From positions 66,381-130,380 of IMG/VR virus record IMGVR_UViG_3300020411_003736: 64,000 bases of DNA. One strand, given 5' to 3'. The stretch's first letter is position 1. The number at the start of each line of letters is the position of its first letter. The notes under the pieces were generated by a model. That model saw only the letters and a program-made list of their open reading frames with translations. It had not been told where the DNA came from and made no database searches. Made by a program: the position numbers and the translations under genes. Shown piece after piece: positions 21,166-31,278 of the stretch. The DNA is from a virus.

Positions 21166-21416
21166 GGTAACATAGTCATGCCAATCATATTAAGTAGATA
21201 CTCTATTACAACTACACCTATTAAACCACCACCCAATTGCCATGCCCACCATTTCCAACCTTCTAAACTATCAACCCATTGACGAGTTTTAGAGTTTCTT
21301 GCCTTATCATATAGACCACTACTCTCACCTACTCGTTCAGCCCAATAGTTTGGGTCTGTCCATTCTTTTAATTTTATTAACGGCCAACATATTGTCCGTA
21401 GTATTTTCATTATCAT
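21156..21416 (-). CDS. Hypothetical membrane protein
   Basis: Trp-rich, C-terminal hydrophobic helix. Confidence 0.6.
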   Translation of the reverse strand: MIMKILRTICWPLIKLKEWTDPNYWAERVGESSGLYDKARNSKTRQWVDSLEGWKWWAWQLGGGLIGVVVIEYLLNMIGMTMLPWR

Positions 21417-21832
21417 TTTAACCCCATGGATTTCATTTCTTTTTTAGACTTACCATATTCTCTTACTATGGATTTCAAATCATCTTTACTCAATAAATCA
21501 TAATAATCTAAAGCCTGATTGGTGCTTATCTCAAAATAATCTACCAAATAGCCAATCAAATCTTTATTCACTTTTCTTTTGTTGCCACTAATATATTTTA
21601 AATATTCTTTCCCCTTCGGTAAAAGGTTACAATAGAATCGGTACACAGCACTATGTGGCATTGTTCCAATTGTGAATTTCTGAAAGTGATTGACTATTGG
21701 TAAATAATCCTCTTTCATACTCAAATATCTATTAATCATAAAAGGACTAAAAGACTTTTTATCATCATCAGTAAAAGAATCCCAATCCCTCTTACCAACA
21801 AAAAGTTCATTAATCCATTTAAATAAGTTCAT
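21413..21832 (-). CDS. gp62: Clamp loader small subunit
   Basis: FSPFMINRYLS motif; synteny with gp44/gp45. Confidence 0.78.
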   Translation of the reverse strand: MNLFKWINELFVGKRDWDSFTDDDKKSFSPFMINRYLSMKEDYLPIVNHFQKFTIGTMPHSAVYRFYCNLLPKGKEYLKYISGNKRKVNKDLIGYLVDYFEISTNQALDYYDLLSKDDLKSIVREYGKSKKEMKSMGLK

Positions 21833-22058
21833 CTAAATCACCCAATGGTAGAATTTCACCACAATTCCCACAATTAAATACTTGTACGGGTGCGATAACT
21901 TCCTGACCAGTTGGTGACATAATTGCCGATATCTTTTTTACCACATAACCTTGTATAAAAATTTTATTATTACATTCATTACAAGTCATAGTTTCAGCAT
22001 CACTCAAATCAACTTGAACTTTTTGTTTAGGAAGTGGTTTCATTGGTTTTGTACTCAT
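21819..22058 (-). CDS. Zinc-ribbon protein
   Basis: CNEC...CGNCG. Confidence 0.65.
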   Translation of the reverse strand: MSTKPMKPLPKQKVQVDLSDAETMTCNECNNKIFIQGYVVKKISAIMSPTGQEVIAPVQVFNCGNCGEILPLGDLDELI

Positions 22059-22966
22059 TATATTTTCCTTATCATATTTGACACAGTAGCAATAAAATTA
22101 ATCTCTTTATCTGGTACTAAAACATCTTGATATAATCCATTTGAAATCTCTGCTATAGCTTCAGCAACCCTATCACCAGCAAAGTTATCCACTTCATCAT
22201 ACATCAATCTAAATAGTTCTGTAAAATCTGTAAAATTATTATTAGCTACCATCTTTCTTATTGTTCTTATATCATCACGATTCTTCAAAGACTCAATGAA
22301 TAACAACTTGAACTCATTGTTTAAAAGTCCTTCCTTATCAACTCTAAGCTCTCCATCAATACATTGTCTTTGCAAATCATTAATAACCTTTCGTAAATCT
22401 GGATAACCAGCAGTAACTATCAATGCTAAATCATCCAAATTAAAATTGACACCCTCTTCTTCTAAAATATTTTTAGAATGTAATGCAACTTCTTTCTTAC
22501 TCGGTGGTATTATCTTATATGTTTGACATCTACTTTGTAAAGGATCGATAATCTTTTCAACATAATTACAAGTCAATATAAACCGACAATGTGAAGAAAA
22601 TGTTTCCATCAGATTCCTCAACGCTGGTTGAGCAGAATTTGGATTTAGATAATCAGCCTCATCCAATATCACTATCTTCATTGGTTTAAAACCAACCGAA
22701 GAAGCGAATGTCTTTAACTTATCTCTAACCAAATCTATGTTTCGTTCATCCGAAGCATTAATATAGAGATAGTCACACTCTACATTATTGGTTATTATCT
22801 TCGCAAGAGTTGTCTTCCCACCACCAGCCTTTCCATAAAGGAGCAGATGTGGTACATTCTGCTCCTCTATAAATCTAGCAACTTTAGTTTTTAAACTCTC
22901 ATTACCTACATAAGTTGATAGGTCTTTTGGGCGATATTTTTCAACCCATAATCCATGTGAACTCAT
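22058..22966 (-). CDS. gp44: Clamp loader AAA+ subunit
   Basis: WVEKYRP, GKAGGGKTT, DEAD, SRC. Confidence 0.93.
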   Translation of the reverse strand: MSSHGLWVEKYRPKDLSTYVGNESLKTKVARFIEEQNVPHLLLYGKAGGGKTTLAKIITNNVECDYLYINASDERNIDLVRDKLKTFASSVGFKPMKIVILDEADYLNPNSAQPALRNLMETFSSHCRFILTCNYVEKIIDPLQSRCQTYKIIPPSKKEVALHSKNILEEEGVNFNLDDLALIVTAGYPDLRKVINDLQRQCIDGELRVDKEGLLNNEFKLLFIESLKNRDDIRTIRKMVANNNFTDFTELFRLMYDEVDNFAGDRVAEAIAEISNGLYQDVLVPDKEINFIATVSNMIRKI

Positions 22967-22967
22967 A

Positions 22968-23684
22968 CTATGTAGTTTGTTGTGATACTAAATAATACTT
23001 AGCAACAAAGTCATCAATTTTGAACTCAACAAAAGCAAGCCCTTTAGCAGATACATTCAATGTAGCTTTAGAACACTCTTTGTTAGCACTCAACACTTCC
23101 TTAAATAAATCAGCATTGAATATAACAGGATTCTCAAGATCAACAGCACCACTTTGTACAGCAATACTAATCCTATTAGAATTCATATCAGAATATCCAA
23201 TTGTTACTTCAACTCCACCCTTAACAGGTGTAATTGCAAAAGTCTCCACATCTGATAAAGCAGCTTTACCCTTAATAAAAGAATTGATGAATTGTGAATC
23301 CAATTTCAACAAAGTACCAAATTCAGGCATCTTTTTCATTTCTGGTACATCAGGTATAACACCAGTTGCAGCCAACACATAATCTACAGAAAGTGATGAA
23401 TCAGAAAAGTTAAAATTTACTGGTTCTCCATCTACTTCATTTATTTTAAAATTCACGCTATCAGAAAGTGTTGATAACATCTTTTGTAATAAAGAAGTGT
23501 CATATACGCCGACTTCAAATTCAGGTAATTTTTGTTTACCTAAAGTAAGTTCACCAAGCAAACTCTTATCACCTGATATAAATCTGGTTGAAAGTTTAGT
23601 TCCATCCGAATTCCATTTGACGGAATTTACATTCCCACCAAGATGGTATTTTTGGATGAAAGAATTCAATGATAGTTTATTCAT
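22968..23684 (-). CDS. gp45: Sliding clamp
   Basis: Size and beta-rich PCNA-like pattern; lies between polymerase and clamp loader. Confidence 0.72.
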   Translation of the reverse strand: MNKLSLNSFIQKYHLGGNVNSVKWNSDGTKLSTRFISGDKSLLGELTLGKQKLPEFEVGVYDTSLLQKMLSTLSDSVNFKINEVDGEPVNFNFSDSSLSVDYVLAATGVIPDVPEMKKMPEFGTLLKLDSQFINSFIKGKAALSDVETFAITPVKGGVEVTIGYSDMNSNRISIAVQSGAVDLENPVIFNADLFKEVLSANKECSKATLNVSAKGLAFVEFKIDDFVAKYYLVSQQTT

Positions 23685-23711
23685 ATAATCTCCTATGATT
23701 TATATTTTGTT

Positions 23712-23740
23712 AATTTACACATTTTTTTTCAATTTGTCAA
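23712..23740 (-). promoter_or_regulatory. Sigma70-like promoter TTGACA-N17-TAAATT with TG extension
   Basis: Perfect -35, 17 nt spacer, upstream of the clamp gene. Confidence 0.65.
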
Positions 23741-26275
23741 CTAAAAAAATCTTTCTACTGTATTTTCTTTATCTACAGGCATATCCCAACTCAGAGCATC
23801 ATAAAACATCTTTATCTTCTTTGTTAATGCCCTATCAAATAATTTATCCCTATCTATATATTTCTCTATAAAATCCATCACTTCTTCAGGATCGTCATAA
23901 CCTTTATATGCAATAGCATCCAATTGATATGGATTGTTCTTTAAATACACCCATTTAATTTTACTATGGTCTCTAATAGGTTCTAAATGATTAGCTTTAA
24001 AATATTTTAATAAATCATTATAAGAAACCGAAGCCTTTACATGTACTGGAGCTCCAGATTTCATTGTGGTAAACATATCCTTACCCTTACCTTTTTGTGA
24101 ATATTTCTTAATTCCCTTTACTCCACTTGGTAGAGATATATCAACAATATCATTGGAATCTAAACTCTTTTTAAACTTCAATATAAACTCATCTATCTTA
24201 TCTTTCTCAATGTTATGTAAAATAGCCTTTAATACATTGGTCATAAACTTTTGAAATGCTGGTGGGAATGAACTCCTTACAATATCCAAACCCTTAACAT
24301 CAAGTTTCTCTACTTCCAAACCACCATCATTAATAATCCATTGACCATATCTCTTTTTAGTAACCCAAAAGGCAGACTTAGCAATAACTTCTTGCTTAAT
24401 ATCAAATCTATGTTCACCCCTTACATTTAAAAACTTCTGAGCAAAATAATTATAAGACTTATTAATATAACTCTGTACCTCATCAGCAATTTCTAATATC
24501 TGTTTAGTCATAAACTTATCATCACTCAAATCTGCATTAGGAAATCTCTGTTTAACCAATGGTATGGCAGAATAGAAAACCGAATCAGTATCAGTATAGA
24601 TACAATAATCCTCTTTAGTTTTTAAACTCTGATTGTAATAATGATTGGCAATCTTCTCTGTGAATTGAATTAACTTCACACCTGTAGTAGTGGTAGCCTC
24701 AGCATTATCTATGTCATAAAACCTAAAGACTGTCAAACCCAATACCCCATAGAAACTATTTAAGAGAATCTTCTGAACATATTGTCTTCTATCGAAATAA
24801 CCATGTAACTCATCATTACCCTCTTTACCATACTTCTTTGCCAAACCTCTATACTCCACCCTTTCATTAAACCACTTCTCAAGTATTGCAGGTATGATAC
24901 CTTTTTTATCCAAATGATACAATATCCCATTTGAAGATATAGACACCTCATTCTTACTAAAGAAATCTTTTAACTCACCAGTAGAAAATCTACGAATTAT
25001 CTTTTCACCCTTTCTAACTGTATATGTCTTTTCCTCTTCTTTTAAAAATTCTTCAGCATCCCAACCTTCAATTTTACCTATCTTTGTTTCAGGTGATATA
25101 TTGAGTGTCATAATAGTGGATGGATACATAGAAGTTAAATCTAAATCAAATACCCACTCATACCTACCTGGATTTGGATCTTTCACATAAGCACCACTAA
25201 ATCTACCAGCAGAATCATCATATTTAGCATTATGTCTTTTACTTGGAGCAACTAAACCAAGACTTCTCAAATAAGTCAACATAGCACCTTCAATGTATCG
25301 AGAACTAAAGTAAACCTCTTCATAAGGTATCCTACCCATATGTGATACAGCCTTAGCCAAATCAATTAACTTTAACTTCTTTTCCAATGCTACAATAATC
25401 TTAACATCAACTAAATTATATTCAACAAACTTTTCAATATCATTTTCTAATAATTGGTCTAATGTACCTTCATACTCAACCTTACCCATACCAACTTCTA
25501 TCTGACCTATATAATCCAATCGATAACTAGACCTATTGACATAAGTGAATTTCTTATACAACTCCAAATAATCTAACGAACTAACACCAGCTATTCTATA
25601 TCTCTTTTTGTTCTGATTATACACAACTTTACCTATTGGTGAAAGAGCATTAGCTACTTCCAAACCCATAACTTGAGCTAATCTATTATACAAATAAGGT
25701 ATATCGAAATTATCACTATTCCAACCCGTAACTATAGTTGGTTTAAAATCCATCCAATACTTCATCAACGCCCGTAACAATTCATATTCCGAATCAAAAA
25801 TAAATACATTTTTTCGTGAAGTGGATATTTTTTTATCATTACTCCTGAAGTTTTGGTTGTTACCTAATACATAAACTTTATATTCTTCATCTATATTGTT
25901 ATAAAGTGCGACAGAAGTGATTTTATTCTTAGCTTCTTCTGGCATTGGGAAACCATCTGTAACTTCAACCTCAATATCAAAATACAACTCACGGTGATTT
26001 TTGGATGGTTCATCAGAATCAGGATATCTATCAATTAAAATACGAGTATCTAATGGTATATCAGATTCAAATACTCTACCACTCGTAAAATCCTCTTCGG
26101 TCCAATAATTAACCTTTTTTAACTTATCTCCATAGATGGAACGATATTGCCCACCACCATCTTTAACATAAGCATAATTTTTATATATAAAATTCTGATA
26201 ACCAGCTACATCATCCCAAAGATGAACTTCTACTTGATTATTCGCTCGTTTCTCAGACCAAATATTCTGATACAT
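23741..26275 (-). CDS. gp43: Family B DNA polymerase
   Basis: FDIE, GWNS..FD exonuclease motifs; DLTSMYPS, KILLNSFYG, YTDTDS, KKRY. Confidence 0.96.
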   Translation of the reverse strand: MYQNIWSEKRANNQVEVHLWDDVAGYQNFIYKNYAYVKDGGGQYRSIYGDKLKKVNYWTEEDFTSGRVFESDIPLDTRILIDRYPDSDEPSKNHRELYFDIEVEVTDGFPMPEEAKNKITSVALYNNIDEEYKVYVLGNNQNFRSNDKKISTSRKNVFIFDSEYELLRALMKYWMDFKPTIVTGWNSDNFDIPYLYNRLAQVMGLEVANALSPIGKVVYNQNKKRYRIAGVSSLDYLELYKKFTYVNRSSYRLDYIGQIEVGMGKVEYEGTLDQLLENDIEKFVEYNLVDVKIIVALEKKLKLIDLAKAVSHMGRIPYEEVYFSSRYIEGAMLTYLRSLGLVAPSKRHNAKYDDSAGRFSGAYVKDPNPGRYEWVFDLDLTSMYPSTIMTLNISPETKIGKIEGWDAEEFLKEEEKTYTVRKGEKIIRRFSTGELKDFFSKNEVSISSNGILYHLDKKGIIPAILEKWFNERVEYRGLAKKYGKEGNDELHGYFDRRQYVQKILLNSFYGVLGLTVFRFYDIDNAEATTTTGVKLIQFTEKIANHYYNQSLKTKEDYCIYTDTDSVFYSAIPLVKQRFPNADLSDDKFMTKQILEIADEVQSYINKSYNYFAQKFLNVRGEHRFDIKQEVIAKSAFWVTKKRYGQWIINDGGLEVEKLDVKGLDIVRSSFPPAFQKFMTNVLKAILHNIEKDKIDEFILKFKKSLDSNDIVDISLPSGVKGIKKYSQKGKGKDMFTTMKSGAPVHVKASVSYNDLLKYFKANHLEPIRDHSKIKWVYLKNNPYQLDAIAYKGYDDPEEVMDFIEKYIDRDKLFDRALTKKIKMFYDALSWDMPVDKENTVERFF

Positions 26276-26307
26276 TTAGATTATAAAATCCCCATTTTCG
26301 ATATGTA

Positions 26308-26337
26308 AATTTAACCATAAAACCATATAGATGTCAA
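26308..26337 (-). promoter_or_regulatory. Sigma70-like promoter TTGACA-N18-TAAATT
   Basis: Upstream of PolB, just after a terminator. Confidence 0.55.
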
Positions 26338-26344
26338 GCTTTTT

Positions 26345-26379
26345 TTAAAATAAAATGGGGGCTATATTTCAAGCCCCCA
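26345..26379 (-). terminator. Rho-independent terminator after the TonB-dependent receptor
   Basis: TGGGGGCT/AGCCCCCA stem (26356-63/26372-79) followed by a U-rich tail on the minus strand. Confidence 0.8.
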
Positions 26380-26389
26380 AATTACCATT

Positions 26390-29122
26390 TTAGAAATTGA
26401 CCGATAGGCCAAGATTGAAGTGTCTTGGTGTTCCCAAGAATACTTCGGCATTATGAGCTGCGTGAACTTTGTCACCATACCCATTGTACTTACTGTTATC
26501 AACAGCATCTTGTACATAAACATCATCAAGCGCATTAAATAAATGTGCAGATAATGTCATATCATAACCAGCGATTTGTGGTAGTTTGTATGATAGATGT
26601 AAATCAAGTTTGGAATAACCTGGGGCTTTCCATACTTGAGCTCTATCTTCTTCACCATCAACTTCACGAGCATCAGGACTCCAATCAGCGTAATTGTCAT
26701 CATACATTTTGTATAGTCCTTGGATACTTAGTCCTTCAATTGGTTTCAATGTCAAACCACCAACATAAGCAGTTTGTGGCATATCTCCAACTTTCAACTC
26801 ATTAAGAGCATAAGTATATTGAGTAGTCATTTGTCCTACGACCTGACCTTCTTCATTATACTCCATTTCTTGATAATCACCTATTGCGTCACCATCAAAG
26901 AACCAATCACCTTTGCTGAAAACAAAGTCAACATCCACCATTTCATGTAATGCAACTTTTGCTTCAACTTCAACACCAGTATGACTTTGGTTCACACCCT
27001 TTAGATAAATAATATCAGTATCACCTGAATCACCTTGACCTGTTTCTACAGATTTTGTAAGGTTTCTATCTTTCCATTGAGTGTTATAGAAACTACCTTT
27101 AAGATTAACCAAATCACTTGCGTATTTTCCACCAACTTCAAAGCTTTGAAACTTCTCATTGTCTGGATTAGAAGCGACTGTACCATCATAGGCAATTACA
27201 TTATCCAAAATCGGTGGTTTTTCAACATATCCAACATTAGCAAATGCTGACATTCTATCATCAAGATTGAATACACCACCACCTTTCACTTGAAAAGTAG
27301 TAATGTTATCAGCAACAACTTTAGAAGCATCAACTGCAAAATGGTCTAAGTAAGAGTATCCAATAGTAGATATTCCACCCATACCATAAAGGTTGAACTT
27401 CTGTATGTCGTATTTACCTTGTAGGAAAGCACCAAACCAATCAACCGTAGTTTCGTTGTGATAAGCGATAATATCACCTAACCCAACTTTCTTACCATCA
27501 GGTGCGTTATCATCAGCAAAGTCTACATAGTAGTCTCCACCAAGTAAATCACGAACCTCACGAGCGTGTTCGATACCAGCAGTTCTCCAATCAATACCGA
27601 CTTGTACCTCTAAATCATCATTTACATCATAATTTAGTTTGGAAATCAATCCATAGGTATTTTGTCTGTTAATTGAATTACGAAGTATACCAGTTGACCT
27701 ATTCTCACTATCTGACCAAGCTGAATCGATGTTTGCTGAGTTTTCAGCAATCTCACCGTTCCAATCCCATGTCCAAGGTGAACTTGAGTACCAAGCATTC
27801 CCTTCGATAGCAGGAAATCGTTTAACACTCCCATAAGTACCTGTACCACCTCCTGAACCACCACTCCAATACAAGATTGAACTTAGTCTAACTTGGTCAT
27901 TTACATCATAGAAATGATTAAGATTGACTAATGGTTTATGAAAGAAATTTTCTCTTTCGTTCAGTAGTGTTGAACTGTACCTATCAGTTGTTCTCGCACC
28001 ATACATATACCAATATTGTTGGCCTGTGTATGATGGATCAACGGGTGCCCAGTTCTGATTGAAAAACCTACCAGCTTCATGCTCAAACTTCTCACCTTCA
28101 GCGAAAGCCTGAGTATCATATCCATCAACATCACCAGCCAACTCTTGTGAATAAGTTGCTATGTTCTGTTTATATAGGTTTTGTCCATGTCTTTGTGGAG
28201 CACCAATTGCATATAACTCAAATCGTTGGTCATCAGATACAGCATAAGATGTACCAAGATAATAAGCCCAAGCATCTGTCCAAGTACCATCAATAAAACC
28301 ATCACCAGTTTTACGAACAACAGTACCACTAACAGCAAGCTTATCACCAATTAAACCTGAGTTATAATTCAAAGTAGATTTAAGGAATCCACCCTCACCT
28401 ACTTCTTGTTTGAACTTACCACCCTTTTCGTGAGCAGCAGGATCGGTGATTATATTCATTGTTCCACCAATGGATGGTGTAGCAAGATTTACAGCTGATA
28501 GACCTCTTTGCATCTGAATGGAAGAAGTAGCATCACCTACACCATCCCAATTAGACCAATAGACCCATCCGTTCTCCATATCATTTTGGGGAACACCATT
28601 TATCATTACTGCAACATTCCGTTGATTAAAACCTCTCACATTTATACGAGCGTCACCAGCCCCACCACCTTGTTGAGTAGCATATACACTTGGCGTAGTA
28701 TTAAGAATCATTGGAATATCTTGAGAACCGAGCCTCACTTCCATTTCAACTTTATCTACAGTAGTATAAGCAACAGGTGTCTTTTCGTCAGCCCGTGAAG
28801 CCAAGACTTCAAGCTCTGACATTGTAACAGCGTCAACTTCTAATAAGAAATTAACTGTTCCAACTATGTCATTCACCGTAACAGTATTTGTTACTGATGA
28901 ATACCCAATAAATGAAGCAGTTACATCATAGTCACCTTGAGCACCAACATCAATAGTGTATTTACCAGACTCGTCTGTTACACCACCTTTATCAGTTCCC
29001 TCAACAACCACATTAGCTCCAACCAAAGGGTTTGATTCCGCATCTGCAACTACACCTACAATGGCTTGACCAAACAAACCTGTCGTGAGTAGTACAGCTA
29101 CGATTAGATTACGATTATTCAT
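26390..29122 (-). CDS. TonB-dependent outer membrane receptor with N-terminal carboxypeptidase-regulatory-like domain
   Basis: Signal peptide, PLVGANVVVEGT..G..TD..G.Y, plug motifs (NVRGF, VMINGVP, QRG..IGGTMNIIT), NALD..Y, C-terminal Phe. Confidence 0.93.
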   Translation of the reverse strand: MNNRNLIVAVLLTTGLFGQAIVGVVADAESNPLVGANVVVEGTDKGGVTDESGKYTIDVGAQGDYDVTASFIGYSSVTNTVTVNDIVGTVNFLLEVDAVTMSELEVLASRADEKTPVAYTTVDKVEMEVRLGSQDIPMILNTTPSVYATQQGGGAGDARINVRGFNQRNVAVMINGVPQNDMENGWVYWSNWDGVGDATSSIQMQRGLSAVNLATPSIGGTMNIITDPAAHEKGGKFKQEVGEGGFLKSTLNYNSGLIGDKLAVSGTVVRKTGDGFIDGTWTDAWAYYLGTSYAVSDDQRFELYAIGAPQRHGQNLYKQNIATYSQELAGDVDGYDTQAFAEGEKFEHEAGRFFNQNWAPVDPSYTGQQYWYMYGARTTDRYSSTLLNERENFFHKPLVNLNHFYDVNDQVRLSSILYWSGGSGGGTGTYGSVKRFPAIEGNAWYSSSPWTWDWNGEIAENSANIDSAWSDSENRSTGILRNSINRQNTYGLISKLNYDVNDDLEVQVGIDWRTAGIEHAREVRDLLGGDYYVDFADDNAPDGKKVGLGDIIAYHNETTVDWFGAFLQGKYDIQKFNLYGMGGISTIGYSYLDHFAVDASKVVADNITTFQVKGGGVFNLDDRMSAFANVGYVEKPPILDNVIAYDGTVASNPDNEKFQSFEVGGKYASDLVNLKGSFYNTQWKDRNLTKSVETGQGDSGDTDIIYLKGVNQSHTGVEVEAKVALHEMVDVDFVFSKGDWFFDGDAIGDYQEMEYNEEGQVVGQMTTQYTYALNELKVGDMPQTAYVGGLTLKPIEGLSIQGLYKMYDDNYADWSPDAREVDGEEDRAQVWKAPGYSKLDLHLSYKLPQIAGYDMTLSAHLFNALDDVYVQDAVDNSKYNGYGDKVHAAHNAEVFLGTPRHFNLGLSVNF

Positions 29123-29129
29123 AAATCGT

Positions 29130-29186
29130 CTCCTGTATTTCGTTAACGAAAAGGCACATTTTTCTACAGGTGTGCCATCTGCCTGT
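29130..29186 (-). promoter_or_regulatory. Candidate H-type pseudoknot 5' leader of the receptor gene
   Basis: ACAGG/CCUGU and GGCACA/UGUGCC stems; CCUGUA is also complementary to UACAGG at the RBS. Confidence 0.5.
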
Positions 29187-29208
29187 CCGCTTTTTATGTA
29201 TGTGAATT

Positions 29209-31218
29209 TTAATTGGATTCCCCAACAGGAGGTATTTCATCTACCATAGGAACAATCTCGCAAACATCATTATTGCAAAATTTATCTACATCTGCCTCTT
29301 CACCCTCAACACCAACAAAACTTAAATATTTAAGTTTTGAAACTTGGTCGTTATATTCATCTTCACTTATTGCTTCGTAGGGCATTTGTTTATAAGCTCC
29401 TAATGGATGTCTTGGTAATAACGATATACCTTTTAATCTATATTGAAAATATTTCAGAACATGTGGTAGTTCTTCTGCTTCCGTTTCAGGATCGAATGTA
29501 GCAGTACAACTTACTTGATTATCTGCCCAATGTCGTTGAAGAAAAGCGGCTAAACTGAATTGTTCCCAAATCGAAAGTTCAGCCGCAGTTCTTATACCCT
29601 CTCCAACATCAACTGGCACTTCTACCACCATTGTTGTATCCTCTGAACCAAATGCTGGTTCCACCTTATAATTTGCCTTCTTTAATGGTTCTATTAATTC
29701 TGAATGTTTTGATAATCTCATTCTTCTTATATAAAATCTTGACTCTGGATAATGCATTCCAGGTGTTGCACCTACTAAAAGTGAAACCGTACCACTTGGT
29801 TTTACTGAAGTAGTTTTTATTGACTTTGGTATAGCAAAGAAATCTGAATAAACCTCGTCCAATCTTTGAATCTCATTATATCCATTCTCTAACCAAGTTC
29901 TTAATTCTTCCATTCCATGTTTTGTAATAAACTGAGCAACACCACTAACAGAACAACCTATTCTTCTGTTTCTCAACATAACTCTGTTGGTTTCACTCCA
30001 ATGTGTTTTACCTAATGTTACAGTCTTAGCATACAAATAAGCATACTTTAGAGTTTTTTTATAGTCCTCTAATGAAGTATGATTATATGGAAATGTTTCC
30101 ACTAAACAACACAACTCATAACTTTCTAATGTTTGTTCCAAACAAGGATTACCACCCGCTGCTCTATGGTCTTTATCATCACCACCATTTTGCATACGAG
30201 AATATTTTTTCATATTCTCTAACCATGCAAATCCTGGTTCACCATTATCTGTAATTCTCTTACATATGTCAGTATAATCCATCCCAAGTTCTGCATATAC
30301 TGAATTATTAGAAGTCCAACCAAATTGTTCTCTATGTGGATTGGCTTGATAATTTTTTAAATCTAAATATTCATCTGAATCTGGATCTCCAAATACAATT
30401 TCAGCAGTTCTACGAACATTTCCTGCTACAACACACTTACCTATAAGGTTCATTATATCTACAATAGTAGTTACTGTAATTGGTTCACCACTATTTTTAT
30501 CTAACACCTTTCTCACATCTTCATGTACTTCTTCCAATGGTTCGTATCCACTTGATACTCCACCAAAACCTTTTATTGGTTCTCCCGCACCTCTTATCTT
30601 TGTATAATCAAATTCCATTGGCGCTTGACCATGAAAATAACTCTCTAATAAAAGTTTCAGAGACTCTACCCAACCCTCACGAGTATCAGGTATTTCATAG
30701 ACTTGTTCATCCCTATCCTTTTCCACCCCTTTGACTATTATCTCTCCTGCACCTTTGGTATCAAAACCAACTCCAACACCCAACATACTTGCATCCATAA
30801 GGAAACAGAAAGGTTTAGCATAGTCTTCCTTTAGTGTAGATGTAGATACAAATGCACAATTATTTAATGCAGCATATAAATTTCTTTCTTCAGTTATAGC
30901 AGTTCCCATAGCCCATAACCCACGACCAGGTGGTAAGAATTTCATATAAAACATTCTATCATACATTTCTTGTGCTGATGCTTGTGCTCTCCAAGGATTC
31001 CACCCTAATTGATGAGATTCAATCCAATTCTTTTGCATATTGTAAGTACCTTCTACAACCCGTTGTACTGTCTCCCACCATCTTTCATTTTTACCATTTT
31101 CTTTAATTCGAGAATAAGTTCTCATATAAACCAATTCACCCAAACCGTTAAATCCGAATGGTGGTTTTTTTCTTTTATATTTAGAAACAAAATTCTCCGA
31201 TAATGTAAATTTACTCAT
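29209..31218 (-). CDS. nrdJ: Class II (adenosylcobalamin-dependent) ribonucleotide reductase
   Basis: FLPPGRGLW, LNNCAF, GNVRRTAE, NPCLEQ, KPSGTVSLL, C-terminal C..D.C. Confidence 0.92.
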   Translation of the reverse strand: MSKFTLSENFVSKYKRKKPPFGFNGLGELVYMRTYSRIKENGKNERWWETVQRVVEGTYNMQKNWIESHQLGWNPWRAQASAQEMYDRMFYMKFLPPGRGLWAMGTAITEERNLYAALNNCAFVSTSTLKEDYAKPFCFLMDASMLGVGVGFDTKGAGEIIVKGVEKDRDEQVYEIPDTREGWVESLKLLLESYFHGQAPMEFDYTKIRGAGEPIKGFGGVSSGYEPLEEVHEDVRKVLDKNSGEPITVTTIVDIMNLIGKCVVAGNVRRTAEIVFGDPDSDEYLDLKNYQANPHREQFGWTSNNSVYAELGMDYTDICKRITDNGEPGFAWLENMKKYSRMQNGGDDKDHRAAGGNPCLEQTLESYELCCLVETFPYNHTSLEDYKKTLKYAYLYAKTVTLGKTHWSETNRVMLRNRRIGCSVSGVAQFITKHGMEELRTWLENGYNEIQRLDEVYSDFFAIPKSIKTTSVKPSGTVSLLVGATPGMHYPESRFYIRRMRLSKHSELIEPLKKANYKVEPAFGSEDTTMVVEVPVDVGEGIRTAAELSIWEQFSLAAFLQRHWADNQVSCTATFDPETEAEELPHVLKYFQYRLKGISLLPRHPLGAYKQMPYEAISEDEYNDQVSKLKYLSFVGVEGEEADVDKFCNNDVCEIVPMVDEIPPVGESN

Positions 31219-31270
31219 ATTGTACCTTAAAAACTATTAATATTAAAAATTGTATGTGGCCTTTCCTCAT

Positions 31271-31278
31271 ATAAATAT
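31271..31278 (-). promoter_or_regulatory. ATATTTAT late-promoter-like motif
   Basis: Intergenic, upstream of nrdJ. Confidence 0.45.

Noticed and set aside
29123-29208. Cobalamin riboswitch ahead of the receptor
   Set aside because: Only 86 nt, with no B12-box or GGGAA/GCCACUG consensus; reported as an unknown pseudoknot instead
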